Positions 16,438 to 25,563 of a stretch of 64,000 bases of DNA are shown here, one piece after another. Where the stretch lies: the NCBI GenBank assembly GCA_043815665.1, contig JBDRIT010000002.1:19208-83207 (forward strand), given 5' to 3'. The notes beneath the pieces are model-generated. The model did no database searches and was not told where the DNA came from. It worked only from the letters and a program-made list of their open reading frames with translations. Source of the DNA: Pseudomonadota bacterium (lineage in GTDB: Bacteria > Myxococcota_A > UBA9042 > CAIXZC01). Position 1 is the first letter of the stretch. Each line of letters opens with the position of its first letter. The position numbers and the translations under genes are program-made.

Positions 16438-18029
16438 CAGCGCAGCAGAACCTCCCCCTCGAACCGTGTCCCCTCGGGGGAGTCTCTCCGCACCGCCTGG
16501 ATCTCAAGGAAGCTGTTCACCATCCGCAGGTAGAACGGCGGCACTCCCTTGGACCGCAGGTCCCGCACGAGGCGCTTCATCTTCACGGTCAGGACCATGT
16601 CCCCCGCCGTGCGTCCCACGAAGAGGGCCTTCCCCAGCGCGGGGGCGGCGCCCGACCATACCTTGGCGACCCGATCCGTCTCTCCCTTTCCGGACAGCAC
16701 CATGAGCCGGTCCGCCCCGGCCAGGACGCCCAGACAGAGGCTCCTGTCCTCCTTGGCCTTGCAGAACTCCACGGCCCTGGGCGCCGCAGCGGAGACCACA
16801 TGGGCCCTCCAGCCGCCGGCGACGGGCCCATCCTCCACGGGGATCCACTCAAGGAACCTCTCGGGTGGCGTCCCCTGGACGATGAGCCCCATGTGCACTG
16901 CGTTGAGAGCCTGGAGGACGCTGCTGGGAGCGATGATTTCTCCCACGGGCGCCCTGGGGTCGGCGCCCAGGAGCACCAGGCCGACCTCGGCGTCCATGGC
17001 CTCGAGGGCCTGCCGGATCTCGGGAATCCGTTTCGGGTCGAGGACCTCGCCGGCGAGGAGACCGAGGATGTACATCCCCTTTCCACCGAGGAGCTCCCCG
17101 AAGGTGCCGTCGAACCGGGACCGGATCTGCAGGGTGAGGATCGTGTCTTCGGGGACCGCGTCCTTCCAGTCCGGGACGGCGGTGCCCGTGACCGACGGGC
17201 CTCTCGCCTCGGGCCGGGTCGGGATCATCTCGAGGTCCCAATCGATGCCGTCGATGCCCGCGGCGAAGGTGAGACGGAGGGTGCGGATCCCTGCCTGTAT
17301 CCCGTGGAGCCAATGCCCCACCCCGGCCAGGGGCCCCAGCAATCCGCTGACATCGACGGGCCTCGCTGCGGCCACCCCGCCCCGCCACTCGAACAGGAAA
17401 CGACCGTCAGGCGCCTCCAGCCCGACCGCCCCGTCCGGGAGGTGGTGAAGCGCTACCCGGGCCACGGCGGCGTCTGCCCGACCGTCGGGCCCGTATCCCA
17501 GGAGGACGAGTCCGTCCATGCGCAGCAACGCCACCACGCATCGTTCCTCGTCATACACCCGCGAGAGGAGCCCCTGCGCGGCTTCCCGGCGCTCGATGCG
17601 ATACCCCGAGGTGTCTCCGACCCGCTCCACAATCTCGTCCAGTGGATCCCCGCTGCGTGCGCTGAGGATCAGACAGACCCCCTCCTCGACGCCGAGCGCC
17701 ACGAGGGGCTGGTCCGGCGCAAGGCCGAGGTTCGCGAAGAGATCCTCGTCACCGAGATCCACCTCGTAGCTCTCCCGGAGGAGATCTACGACACCCAGGA
17801 GACCCTCCACGTTCACGAGGATCTGCAAGGCGGCGACCCGCACCTCTTCGAGGGGCGGTGTCACGAGGACCCAGGAGGCGCCCGTCGGGTCCACCAGCGC
17901 GGCGGGGTTCTCCGGCGCGTCGGCATGGAGTCGGCCGCCGCAGGCGCTGACCAGGGTGGCCGCGGAGAGAGCGATGACGAGGGCCCCGAGTCGGCGTCCG
18001 ACGGGCCCTGCTGTGAGTGGGCAAGTCAT
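16437..18029 (-). CDS. lipoprotein of unknown function
   Basis: Signal and lipobox ...ALSAATLVSAC. The stop overlaps the ATG of the ABC ATPase (ATGA at 16435-16439). No recognised domain. Confidence 0.55.
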   Translation of the reverse strand: MTCPLTAGPVGRRLGALVIALSAATLVSACGGRLHADAPENPAALVDPTGASWVLVTPPLEEVRVAALQILVNVEGLLGVVDLLRESYEVDLGDEDLFANLGLAPDQPLVALGVEEGVCLILSARSGDPLDEIVERVGDTSGYRIERREAAQGLLSRVYDEERCVVALLRMDGLVLLGYGPDGRADAAVARVALHHLPDGAVGLEAPDGRFLFEWRGGVAAARPVDVSGLLGPLAGVGHWLHGIQAGIRTLRLTFAAGIDGIDWDLEMIPTRPEARGPSVTGTAVPDWKDAVPEDTILTLQIRSRFDGTFGELLGGKGMYILGLLAGEVLDPKRIPEIRQALEAMDAEVGLVLLGADPRAPVGEIIAPSSVLQALNAVHMGLIVQGTPPERFLEWIPVEDGPVAGGWRAHVVSAAAPRAVEFCKAKEDRSLCLGVLAGADRLMVLSGKGETDRVAKVWSGAAPALGKALFVGRTAGDMVLTVKMKRLVRDLRSKGVPPFYLRMVNSFLEIQAVRRDSPEGTRFEGEVLLR

Positions 18030-18171
18030 GCCCCGACGGTATGCGCGCGTGGGTGCTCCGTCAAGGGAGAGGTCGCCGGGGAACGCCGCGCTCCGTCTTG
18101 ACGTGTCGAGACGGCCTGTGCTTTACTTCGTGGGCTCCACCGAGCCTCGCCAACCGTCCCGAGGAGGCCTC

Positions 18172-19932
18172 GTGACCCAGACCTCTCTCCTGCTGATGCT
18201 GAGCTCCCTGACCCTCCTCGGTGCCGGGGCTGAGGATCCGGTCCATCGCGTGATCAAGCCCGGCCAGGAGGAGCTCGTCGGGAGGATGATGACCGCCGAC
18301 CTCCCTCGGGGTTGGGACGTCGGCGAGGTGTCCATCGGACAGGATCACGTCGACGCCCTGTACACCCACCGTGAGAGCGGAGGCCGCCTGCAGGTCGGGC
18401 TGCACCACGTCTCCTGGTCCGGTGAGGCCGTCTTCCGTACCGAGCAGTTCGCTGCCGTCACCGGGAAGACGCAGCCCACCCCGGAGGCGGAGGCCCTGCT
18501 CACCCGGATCGAGGCCAACGTCCGCTCGATGGAGGCGGAGTGGTCCTGGAGCGAGATCGCGTTGGACCCCATGGGGGAAGAACACAGCGCCAGTCTTCGG
18601 CTCCCGCCGCGGTTCGTCGCATGGGCGAACCTCCGCGTGACCGCCATGGCCGGGTTTGAGCGGCGTGCCCGGGCCTGGATCCGCGCCCGCGTCTTCATGC
18701 GGACCCCTGACGAGCCCGATTCCCCGCACTGGAAGGACACGCGAGGAGCCTGGGATCTCATCTACGCCGCGGAAGCTGCGCTCGCCCACGAGGAGCGCGA
18801 TCGGGCCGCCGCCGCGCTGGAGGAGCTGGAGCGATTCCAGGAGAGGATCGCGCCGCGCAGCCGGCCGATGATCGCGAATCAGATCGGGTTCCTGTTCTAC
18901 GAGACGGGCGACATCCCTCGATCGGAGCTGTGGTTCCTGAAGGTCCGTGAGGATGCAGGACCCCTCCTCGACAGGACGGGTCCGTCGGGTTCTGATGCCT
19001 TCCTGATCCACCTCGAGGTCCTGCGGGCCGACATCGGCCTCGGTCGCTTTCCGCAGCCCGATGCCCTGGCGGCACAGGTGCTCACCCTCGCACCGGATCC
19101 TGACGCGGCCTGTGAAGGCTTCGAGCTTGCGAGCAGCTTCAGACGGAGGGGCCGGCCAGACCTCGGGCTGGCCTTCCTTCAGCAGCTCCACGAGCGCCTG
19201 GGCGACTGCAAGCGGGGGTATCGGATTGCGGCGGACCTTGCGATCCGCACGGAGCGGACCGCCGAGCTCCTGGACCTGCTCCGGGATGGCGCTGAGACGT
19301 ACCCCGACGATGTGGGGATCGTCAGCGCCCTCGCGGAGCACTACAAGTTCGTCGGTGAGCCGGATCGGGCCATCGCCCTCCTCCAGGGGCTCGTGGATCG
19401 GGGCGCCCGGACCAGCGGCCTGATGGGTTCCCTGGATGCCCTGTACGCGCAGTCCCCGGATCGTGCGGAGCACCGCGCCCGGTTCATCCGGGTCGCCGAC
19501 GCTGCCCCCGAGGACGCAGCGTCGGCCTTCTTTGCGGGCTCCCTGCTCCACTACGACGGCGAGCACGAGCGCTCCAACCAGTACCTCATGCGGGCCGCCG
19601 AGGGGCTGCCGGGGGTCGCGCGGGTCTTCATCTACATCGCGATGAACCATCATCGTGGGAAGGGAGATCGCGCGCAGGCGGCGAAGTATATCGATCTGGC
19701 CTTCGCCGCCGGGGCCCGGGACCCGGACATCTACTACTGCCGCGGGATCATCAACATGGACGTAGAGCCCGAGGCCACCATCCAGGATCTTCGGAGATAC
19801 CTGTCCTTGACCCGCACGTCCTGGGACGTTCCCAAGGAGAAGGCCCGCCTCGTCGAGACGATCATCGAGCGCCTCGAGTCCTGCAAGCACGAGGCCATGC
19901 CCTCGCAGTGCATCGGGCTCGATCCGCCGTGA
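18172..19932 (+). CDS. secreted TPR-like helical repeat protein
   Basis: Start moved to GTG 18172, with GAGGAGG 5 nt upstream. Signal peptide TQTSLLLMLSSLTLLGAGA. The C-terminal two-thirds are helical and repeat-like (…ALAEHYKFVGEPDRAIALLQGLV…). Confidence 0.55.
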   Translation: MTQTSLLLMLSSLTLLGAGAEDPVHRVIKPGQEELVGRMMTADLPRGWDVGEVSIGQDHVDALYTHRESGGRLQVGLHHVSWSGEAVFRTEQFAAVTGKTQPTPEAEALLTRIEANVRSMEAEWSWSEIALDPMGEEHSASLRLPPRFVAWANLRVTAMAGFERRARAWIRARVFMRTPDEPDSPHWKDTRGAWDLIYAAEAALAHEERDRAAAALEELERFQERIAPRSRPMIANQIGFLFYETGDIPRSELWFLKVREDAGPLLDRTGPSGSDAFLIHLEVLRADIGLGRFPQPDALAAQVLTLAPDPDAACEGFELASSFRRRGRPDLGLAFLQQLHERLGDCKRGYRIAADLAIRTERTAELLDLLRDGAETYPDDVGIVSALAEHYKFVGEPDRAIALLQGLVDRGARTSGLMGSLDALYAQSPDRAEHRARFIRVADAAPEDAASAFFAGSLLHYDGEHERSNQYLMRAAEGLPGVARVFIYIAMNHHRGKGDRAQAAKYIDLAFAAGARDPDIYYCRGIINMDVEPEATIQDLRRYLSLTRTSWDVPKEKARLVETIIERLESCKHEAMPSQCIGLDPP

Positions 19933-19943
19933 GCCGCGTCCCG

Positions 19944-22127
19944 ATGCGGTCCCTCCAGGCCCTCGTCGTGGCCGGGTCCCTCCTCGCGTGCGCCACGGAG
20001 GTCGCTGCGGGAGGCCGGGTCGAGGACCTCCTCTGCGACGAGGCCGGAGGGGCCTTCGAGGCTGGTGAGGGCTGGTCCCTCGACGGGACCGAAGTGGGTC
20101 CCGAGGGCCTGTCCCTGCGCTTCACCAGCCCTGCCGCCCCGGACCTGGTCGTCCTCCTGTCCCCGCGGGACGACGGTGCGCCCGCGTTCCAGCGGACCCC
20201 CTCGTTCAACATCTCCCACCTCGGTCCCATGGAGGATGCGGGGTCCGGTCGTGGACGACTCCTGCACCGGGTGGTCGACACGATCCGCAGGAATGACCCG
20301 GGAGACTTCGATATTGTGGGGAGGTCGCCCGTCATTGCGGTGCCGCCCAGCCCCCGGGCCCGGGACGAGGAGCACCCGCCCCGGCGACCCAAGGCCCTCT
20401 TGGAGAGCATCTCCTCCATGGCGCCCGCAGAGCGCCTTCAGGTCCGCGTGGTGCTCCTGCTCCTCCTCGGGTCCCTCGCCGCGCTCGGGCTGTCGGTCTC
20501 GCTCCAGGCGAGGGCCTGGCGGGAGAGCGCGCCGGAGACCCGGCCGTTCGTGGCGGCGGCCCTCGCCCTGGGCCTCCTGATCCGCCTCCTCGTCGCGCCG
20601 CGGGTCGTCATGATCTACATGGCCTTCGGCTTCACGCAGGAGGTCTCCATGTTCGAGGGCCTGCCGAGGTACGGCGCCGGGGCATTCACCCTCTATCGTC
20701 TGCTCTTCGAGCTCTTCCCGACGGATCACCTCACCATCATCCAGGCCAACACTTGCCTGGGGTTCCTGACGATCCCAGCGATCCTGGCCTTCGTCCAGCG
20801 GCACCGGCCGAGGGGACTCGCTGTCGCCGTCCTGGCCGTCCTGCTGAACGTGACCCCGATGTTCATCTGCGATCACCGCACCGAGAGCATCCTCGTGGTG
20901 GCGGTGTTCTTCCTGTGGCACGGCCTCCTGCTCCTGGACGGACTCCTCGCGCACGGGAGCCGCTGGTGCCTGGCGGGTGCCCTGCCGCTCCTCGGCCTCG
21001 CCGCGCTCTGCCGTCCGGAGATGATCATCATCGTCCCCGTCGCAGTCGGCGTGGTCATCATCGCCCGTGCGCGTGAGGGGCTCCGCGGCGCGCGGATCCC
21101 GCTGGGGATCGCCGGGTGTGTCCTGGCGATGCCCCTCGGTCTGCAGCTCCATCACCTCCTGGAGGTCGTCCCCACGCAGATCGACAGGGGCGCCATCCCG
21201 GCCCTGGATCTCGGCATCCTCCTCTCCCTCCCCGGGGAGCTGGTCTTCGAGAACGGGTGGCTGGACGTGTGGACCTTCCCCGTAGGCGTCACCCTGATGG
21301 CCTTCGTCGGCCTCCTGACCGCCCGGCGGGGCCGGCGGACCCTGCCCCTGGGACTGGGCGCCCTGGCCGTGGTGTGGACCCTCGTCTACGTCGTCGACGC
21401 CCCGTTGACCTCCCTGCCCCGCCTCCACGCCCCCGCGGCCGCGCTGGTCGGGATCCTCGCGGCCCTCGGGGTGGACGACGTCCGCGCACGCCTCGTGAAG
21501 ATCGGCGGCCGGATGGGCATCTCCCTGGCCGTGGGGGTCGGAGTCCTCGTCCTCGGTTCGGCCTTGCCGTCGATCCCGTCCCTCTTCGCGCCCACGAACG
21601 AGCTTCAGGACGAGCGCTTCTTCCGTCGAGCCGTTGCGGCCCTCCCGGACACCCCGATCTGTCTGGTCCGCATCGGCCCCGGGGACAGCCCCCCGAGGGG
21701 CAGGACCCACCGCTATCATCCCGACTACCTCGTCACCCCTCCGAACCGGGAAGGCCAGGTGAGCGGCATCGCCGCGTGGGAGGCCAAACGGTCCGGCGGC
21801 TGCGCTGACGCCGCGTACTTCTATCTCGGGCTCCTGTGCTACGCCGAGGAGTCCACAGGCGGCCCTCACGGCGTGCCCGAGCGCGTGGTGCAGGCCCGTT
21901 GTCTCTGGGGGGAGGACTGCTGGCGGGCCTTCTTCGTGCATCACGAGGACGCGACAGCCCCGCCGCGGAGGCCCCTGGTCTCGGCCTGCGCCCACATCCT
22001 GGACGAGGGTCGGCCGGTGCCGGTCCTCGAGGAGGACCTCCCCAACGTCGGCGACAACGAGTTCGGCTACTACCCGGAGGTCCCGACGTTCCGGGTCGGC
22101 CTCTACCGCCTGAGTCCGGCCCCCTGA
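19944..22127 (+). CDS. polytopic membrane protein, possibly GT-C-fold glycosyltransferase-like
   Basis: ATG 19944 gives the signal peptide MRSLQALVVAGSLLACA. An alternative GTG at 19929 overlaps the upstream stop. About 180 aa of periplasmic N-domain, then at least 10 hydrophobic helices (with a ...LCRPEM... loop), then a soluble C-domain. Function is not established. Confidence 0.4.
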   Translation: MRSLQALVVAGSLLACATEVAAGGRVEDLLCDEAGGAFEAGEGWSLDGTEVGPEGLSLRFTSPAAPDLVVLLSPRDDGAPAFQRTPSFNISHLGPMEDAGSGRGRLLHRVVDTIRRNDPGDFDIVGRSPVIAVPPSPRARDEEHPPRRPKALLESISSMAPAERLQVRVVLLLLLGSLAALGLSVSLQARAWRESAPETRPFVAAALALGLLIRLLVAPRVVMIYMAFGFTQEVSMFEGLPRYGAGAFTLYRLLFELFPTDHLTIIQANTCLGFLTIPAILAFVQRHRPRGLAVAVLAVLLNVTPMFICDHRTESILVVAVFFLWHGLLLLDGLLAHGSRWCLAGALPLLGLAALCRPEMIIIVPVAVGVVIIARAREGLRGARIPLGIAGCVLAMPLGLQLHHLLEVVPTQIDRGAIPALDLGILLSLPGELVFENGWLDVWTFPVGVTLMAFVGLLTARRGRRTLPLGLGALAVVWTLVYVVDAPLTSLPRLHAPAAALVGILAALGVDDVRARLVKIGGRMGISLAVGVGVLVLGSALPSIPSLFAPTNELQDERFFRRAVAALPDTPICLVRIGPGDSPPRGRTHRYHPDYLVTPPNREGQVSGIAAWEAKRSGGCADAAYFYLGLLCYAEESTGGPHGVPERVVQARCLWGEDCWRAFFVHHEDATAPPRRPLVSACAHILDEGRPVPVLEEDLPNVGDNEFGYYPEVPTFRVGLYRLSPAP

Positions 22128-22196
22128 CGTTCCCTTTCGTGTTGAATCCACCGACGCGAATTGCTAGGTTCCCCCCGACCCTGGGAGGGAACCCGG

Positions 22197-25046
22197 ATGG
22201 CCGCGTCCAGAGAGATCGTGATCCACGGTGCTGCGCAGCACAACCTGAAGAACATCGACCTGGCGCTCCCGAAGGAACGGCTCATCGTCTTCTGCGGCGT
22301 GAGCGGCTCCGGCAAGAGCAGCCTGGCCTTCGACACGATCTTCGCGGAAGGACAGCGTCGCTATGTGGAGTCGCTGTCCGCGTACGCGAGGCAGTTCCTC
22401 GGTCAGATCGAGCGGCCCCGCTTCGAGAGCATCACCGGCCTGGCGCCGACGGTGGCCATCCAGCAGAGGACCGCCTCGAGCAATCCCCGCTCCACCGTGG
22501 GCACCGTCACGGAGATCCTCGACTACCTGCGCATCCTCTATGCGCGGATGGGGGATCAGCGCTGTCACCAGTGCGGGAGCGAGGTCGGCAAGCAGACCGC
22601 CCAGGAGATGGTGAGGCATCTCCTGGCCCTCGAGGAGGGCACGGACCTGACGCTCATGGGGCCCCTCGTCGTCCACCGCAAGGGTGAGCACCGGGATCTC
22701 TTCACCGACCTCCTGGGTCGCGGGTTCGCCCGGTTCCTCGTTGACGGTACGATCCAGAAGCTGCGGGGGCCGCCGGAGCTGGACAAGAACGTCTGGCACG
22801 ACATCTCGGTGGTGGTGGACCGGATCCGGGTCCGCCCGGACATCGAGAGCCGCCTCACGGACTCCGTGGAGACCTGCCTCAAGGTCTCCGGGGGCAAGAT
22901 GAACGTCCGTATGGGGACGGAGGACCGCTCCTTCTCCGAGGACCTCTACTGTGATCGCTGCCGGATCAGCCTCCCGGAGCTCTCCCCGCAGCTCTTCTCG
23001 TTCAACACCCCCCAGGGCGCCTGCACCGCCTGCAACGGCCTCGGGACCCGCTTCGCCGTGGATCCCGAGCGGGTCGTCCCCGACCCGAAGCGCTCGGTCA
23101 ACCAGGGCGCCATCGCGCTCTGGCAGAGCTGGAGGACTGCGGGAGATTCCTGGACCCGTGAGGTCGTCGGGCACCTGGCCTCCGGGGTCGGGATGGATCT
23201 GACCCTCCCCTGGGATGAGATGCCCGCGGACCACCGCCACGTCCTCCTCTATGGCAACCAGGATGGTCCTGGGGCCCGAGGGCGGGTGCCCTGGTACGAG
23301 ACCGCGTCGGAGCTCCGCTGGGAGGGGATCAGCAACACCATCATGCGGCGGTTCCACGAGACCCAGTCCGACTCCATGCGGAGCTTCTACCAGAGCTTCT
23401 TCTCCACCAAGCACTGTGACGAGTGCGACGGGACGCGGCTCCGGCCCGAGGCCCGCGCCGTGACCATCGCGGGCCGTGACATCACAGAGATCTCCCGCCT
23501 CACGGTCGAGGACCTGCTGCCGATCCTCGAGGGCGTACCACGGGAAGGCCACCGGACCGAGATCGCGCGGGTGCCCCTCCGGGAGTCCCTCAACCGCCTG
23601 AGGTTCCTCGAGAACGTCGGCCTCGGCTACGTGACCCTGGATCGCTCGACGGAGAGCCTCTCCGGAGGTGAGTCCCAACGGATTCGCCTCGCCAGCCAGC
23701 TCGGTACCGAGCTCACCGGGGTCATCTACGTCCTGGACGAGCCCTCCATCGGGCTGCATCCCAGGGACAACAGCCGGCTGGTGGAGACCCTCAAGCATCT
23801 TCGGGACATCGGGAACACCGTCCTCGTGGTGGAGCACGACCGTGACACCATCGACGCCGCGGACCATGTCGTCGACTTCGGCCCAGGTGCAGGCGTGGAG
23901 GGAGGCGAGATCGTCTACTCTGGTGACGTCCAGGGGCTCTACACCGACGAGGCATCCCTCACCGGCGGCTACCTGTCCGGCCGGCTCTCTGTCCCGATCC
24001 CCGACACCCGCCGCGCTCCCAAGGGGTGGCTGCATCTGGAGGGCGCGACCCACAACAACCTGCGGGACATCGACGTCCACTTCCCCCTTGGCGTGTTCTG
24101 CGTGGTCACCGGCGTTTCCGGTGCCGGGAAGAGCAGCCTCGTGGACGAGTCCCTCCGCCCCGCGCTCCTGCGGCACTTCCACTCCTCTTCCACGGCGGAG
24201 CCCGGCAGGTACAGGGCGCTCCGCGGCCTCGAGTTGATCGACAAGGTGGTCTCCATCGACCAGCGGCCCATCGGACGCACGCCGCGCTCCAATCCGGCAA
24301 CCTACACCAAGGTCTGGGACCTGATCCGTAAGGTCTTTGCGGAGACCCGCGAGGCGAAGACGTACGGCTTCGGTCCCGGGCGCTTCTCGTTCAACGTCAA
24401 GGGCGGTCGCTGTGAGCGATGCCAGGGCGCCGGAGTGCTCAAGGTGGAGATGCACTTCCTCCCGGACGTCTACGTCACCTGTCCGGAGTGCGTCGGCGGC
24501 CGCTTCAACGACGCGACCCTGCGGGTGCGGTACCGTGATCACTCCATCGCGGACGTGCTCAGGATGCCCATCGCCTCCGCGGTCGAGCTCTTCGAGCCCT
24601 TCCGGGGCATCCGGCAGATCCTCCAGACCCTCGTCGATGTGGGCCTCGGCTATGTTCGGTTGGGGCAACCCTCACCCACGCTGTCCGGCGGAGAGGCGCA
24701 ACGCATCAAGCTCTCCAGGGAGCTCGCACGACGGGACACCGGGAGCACCCTCTATCTCCTCGATGAGCCGACGACCGGGCTCCACTTCGAGGACATCTCA
24801 CGACTCCTCGGAGTCGTGCAGCGGCTCGTCAAGAAGGGCAACACGGTCCTGGTGGTGGAGCACAACCTGGAGGTCATCCGGGCGGCGGACCATGTCATCG
24901 ATCTCGGTCCCGAAGGAGGCCGGGGCGGGGGTGAGGTCATCGCGGTCGGAACGCCTGAGGAGATCGCAGCAACCCCGGAGTCGTACACGGGCAGATACCT
25001 CCGGACGAAGGTCCCCGAGCTCAGCGGCAGGCGAACAACGGCTTGA
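22197..25046 (+). CDS. uvrA: excinuclease ABC subunit A
   Basis: Start at ATG 22197, with GGGAGGGA upstream. HNLKNIDLALPKERLIVFCGVSGSGKSSLAFDTIFAEGQRRYVESLSAYARQFL, two ABC modules and Zn-finger CxxC pairs. Confidence 0.95.
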   Translation: MAASREIVIHGAAQHNLKNIDLALPKERLIVFCGVSGSGKSSLAFDTIFAEGQRRYVESLSAYARQFLGQIERPRFESITGLAPTVAIQQRTASSNPRSTVGTVTEILDYLRILYARMGDQRCHQCGSEVGKQTAQEMVRHLLALEEGTDLTLMGPLVVHRKGEHRDLFTDLLGRGFARFLVDGTIQKLRGPPELDKNVWHDISVVVDRIRVRPDIESRLTDSVETCLKVSGGKMNVRMGTEDRSFSEDLYCDRCRISLPELSPQLFSFNTPQGACTACNGLGTRFAVDPERVVPDPKRSVNQGAIALWQSWRTAGDSWTREVVGHLASGVGMDLTLPWDEMPADHRHVLLYGNQDGPGARGRVPWYETASELRWEGISNTIMRRFHETQSDSMRSFYQSFFSTKHCDECDGTRLRPEARAVTIAGRDITEISRLTVEDLLPILEGVPREGHRTEIARVPLRESLNRLRFLENVGLGYVTLDRSTESLSGGESQRIRLASQLGTELTGVIYVLDEPSIGLHPRDNSRLVETLKHLRDIGNTVLVVEHDRDTIDAADHVVDFGPGAGVEGGEIVYSGDVQGLYTDEASLTGGYLSGRLSVPIPDTRRAPKGWLHLEGATHNNLRDIDVHFPLGVFCVVTGVSGAGKSSLVDESLRPALLRHFHSSSTAEPGRYRALRGLELIDKVVSIDQRPIGRTPRSNPATYTKVWDLIRKVFAETREAKTYGFGPGRFSFNVKGGRCERCQGAGVLKVEMHFLPDVYVTCPECVGGRFNDATLRVRYRDHSIADVLRMPIASAVELFEPFRGIRQILQTLVDVGLGYVRLGQPSPTLSGGEAQRIKLSRELARRDTGSTLYLLDEPTTGLHFEDISRLLGVVQRLVKKGNTVLVVEHNLEVIRAADHVIDLGPEGGRGGGEVIAVGTPEEIAATPESYTGRYLRTKVPELSGRRTTA

Positions 25047-25563
25047 CCCCGCGGAGGCTCGTGCGGTTCTCCTCGGGCCAGGGCGCCACCGCCTGGTCAA
25101 ACCGCCGGAGGAGCCGCTCCTGGATCTCCCCCGCATGGGACACCACGCCGGACCAGATTACCGCGTCCCGGCCCAGGTTGGACAGGACCTCGGCGCATGA
25201 GGCATCCACCGCCTTGCTGATCCCTCGGACGTAGTTCCTGACCTCCTCGGACAGGTCGTAGGGATCTCCTCCACCCTCGACGATGTCCACGATCTCCTGG
25301 AGCATGTTGTTTCGCCGCTCCCAGGGTGAGCCCGGGTATCGCTGCGAGATCTCGCCGCTCGGGTCAAGGGAGGGCTGGATCTTCGCGGCGGCCTTCACGA
25401 GCCGCTCATCGGCCGGAGCCTCCGGTTCCCTGTCGACACGCCCCTGGGCGATCCAGGCGATGGCGACGGCCAGGCAGATGACGGTGATCACGGCGATCAC
25501 GGCCTTCTTCGATCGTCCCGGAGAGTCCTCATCCCTGTGGACACGACCGCCGAAGTCCTTCAT
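25021..25563 (-). CDS. membrane-anchored hypothetical protein
   Basis: Start at ATG 25563, overlapping the upstream stop (ATGA). One TM helix, AVIAVITVICLAVAIAWIA. The 3' end overlaps the uvrA 3' end by 26 nt. Confidence 0.45.
   Translation of the reverse strand: MKDFGGRVHRDEDSPGRSKKAVIAVITVICLAVAIAWIAQGRVDREPEAPADERLVKAAAKIQPSLDPSGEISQRYPGSPWERRNNMLQEIVDIVEGGGDPYDLSEEVRNYVRGISKAVDASCAEVLSNLGRDAVIWSGVVSHAGEIQERLLRRFDQAVAPWPEENRTSLRGVKPLFACR

Noticed and set aside
20921-20940. Other TGGCAC occurrences (for example 20921, 12491, 14931, 22791) as additional sigma54 promoters
   Set aside because: They lie inside coding regions and lack the TTGC element 5 nt downstream of the TGGCAC element.
19734-22151. 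805-aa minus-strand ORF, plus similar antisense ORFs at 18061..19890, 42370..44124, 51129..52922, 59090..60922 and 9809..11413
   Set aside because: All are antisense to ORFs with signal peptides, TM patterns or conserved motifs. All have the Arg/Gly/Pro/Asp/Glu-rich, motif-free look of non-coding frames in high-GC DNA.
22164-24668. 834-aa minus-strand ORF
   Set aside because: Antisense to uvrA, whose identity is unambiguous.
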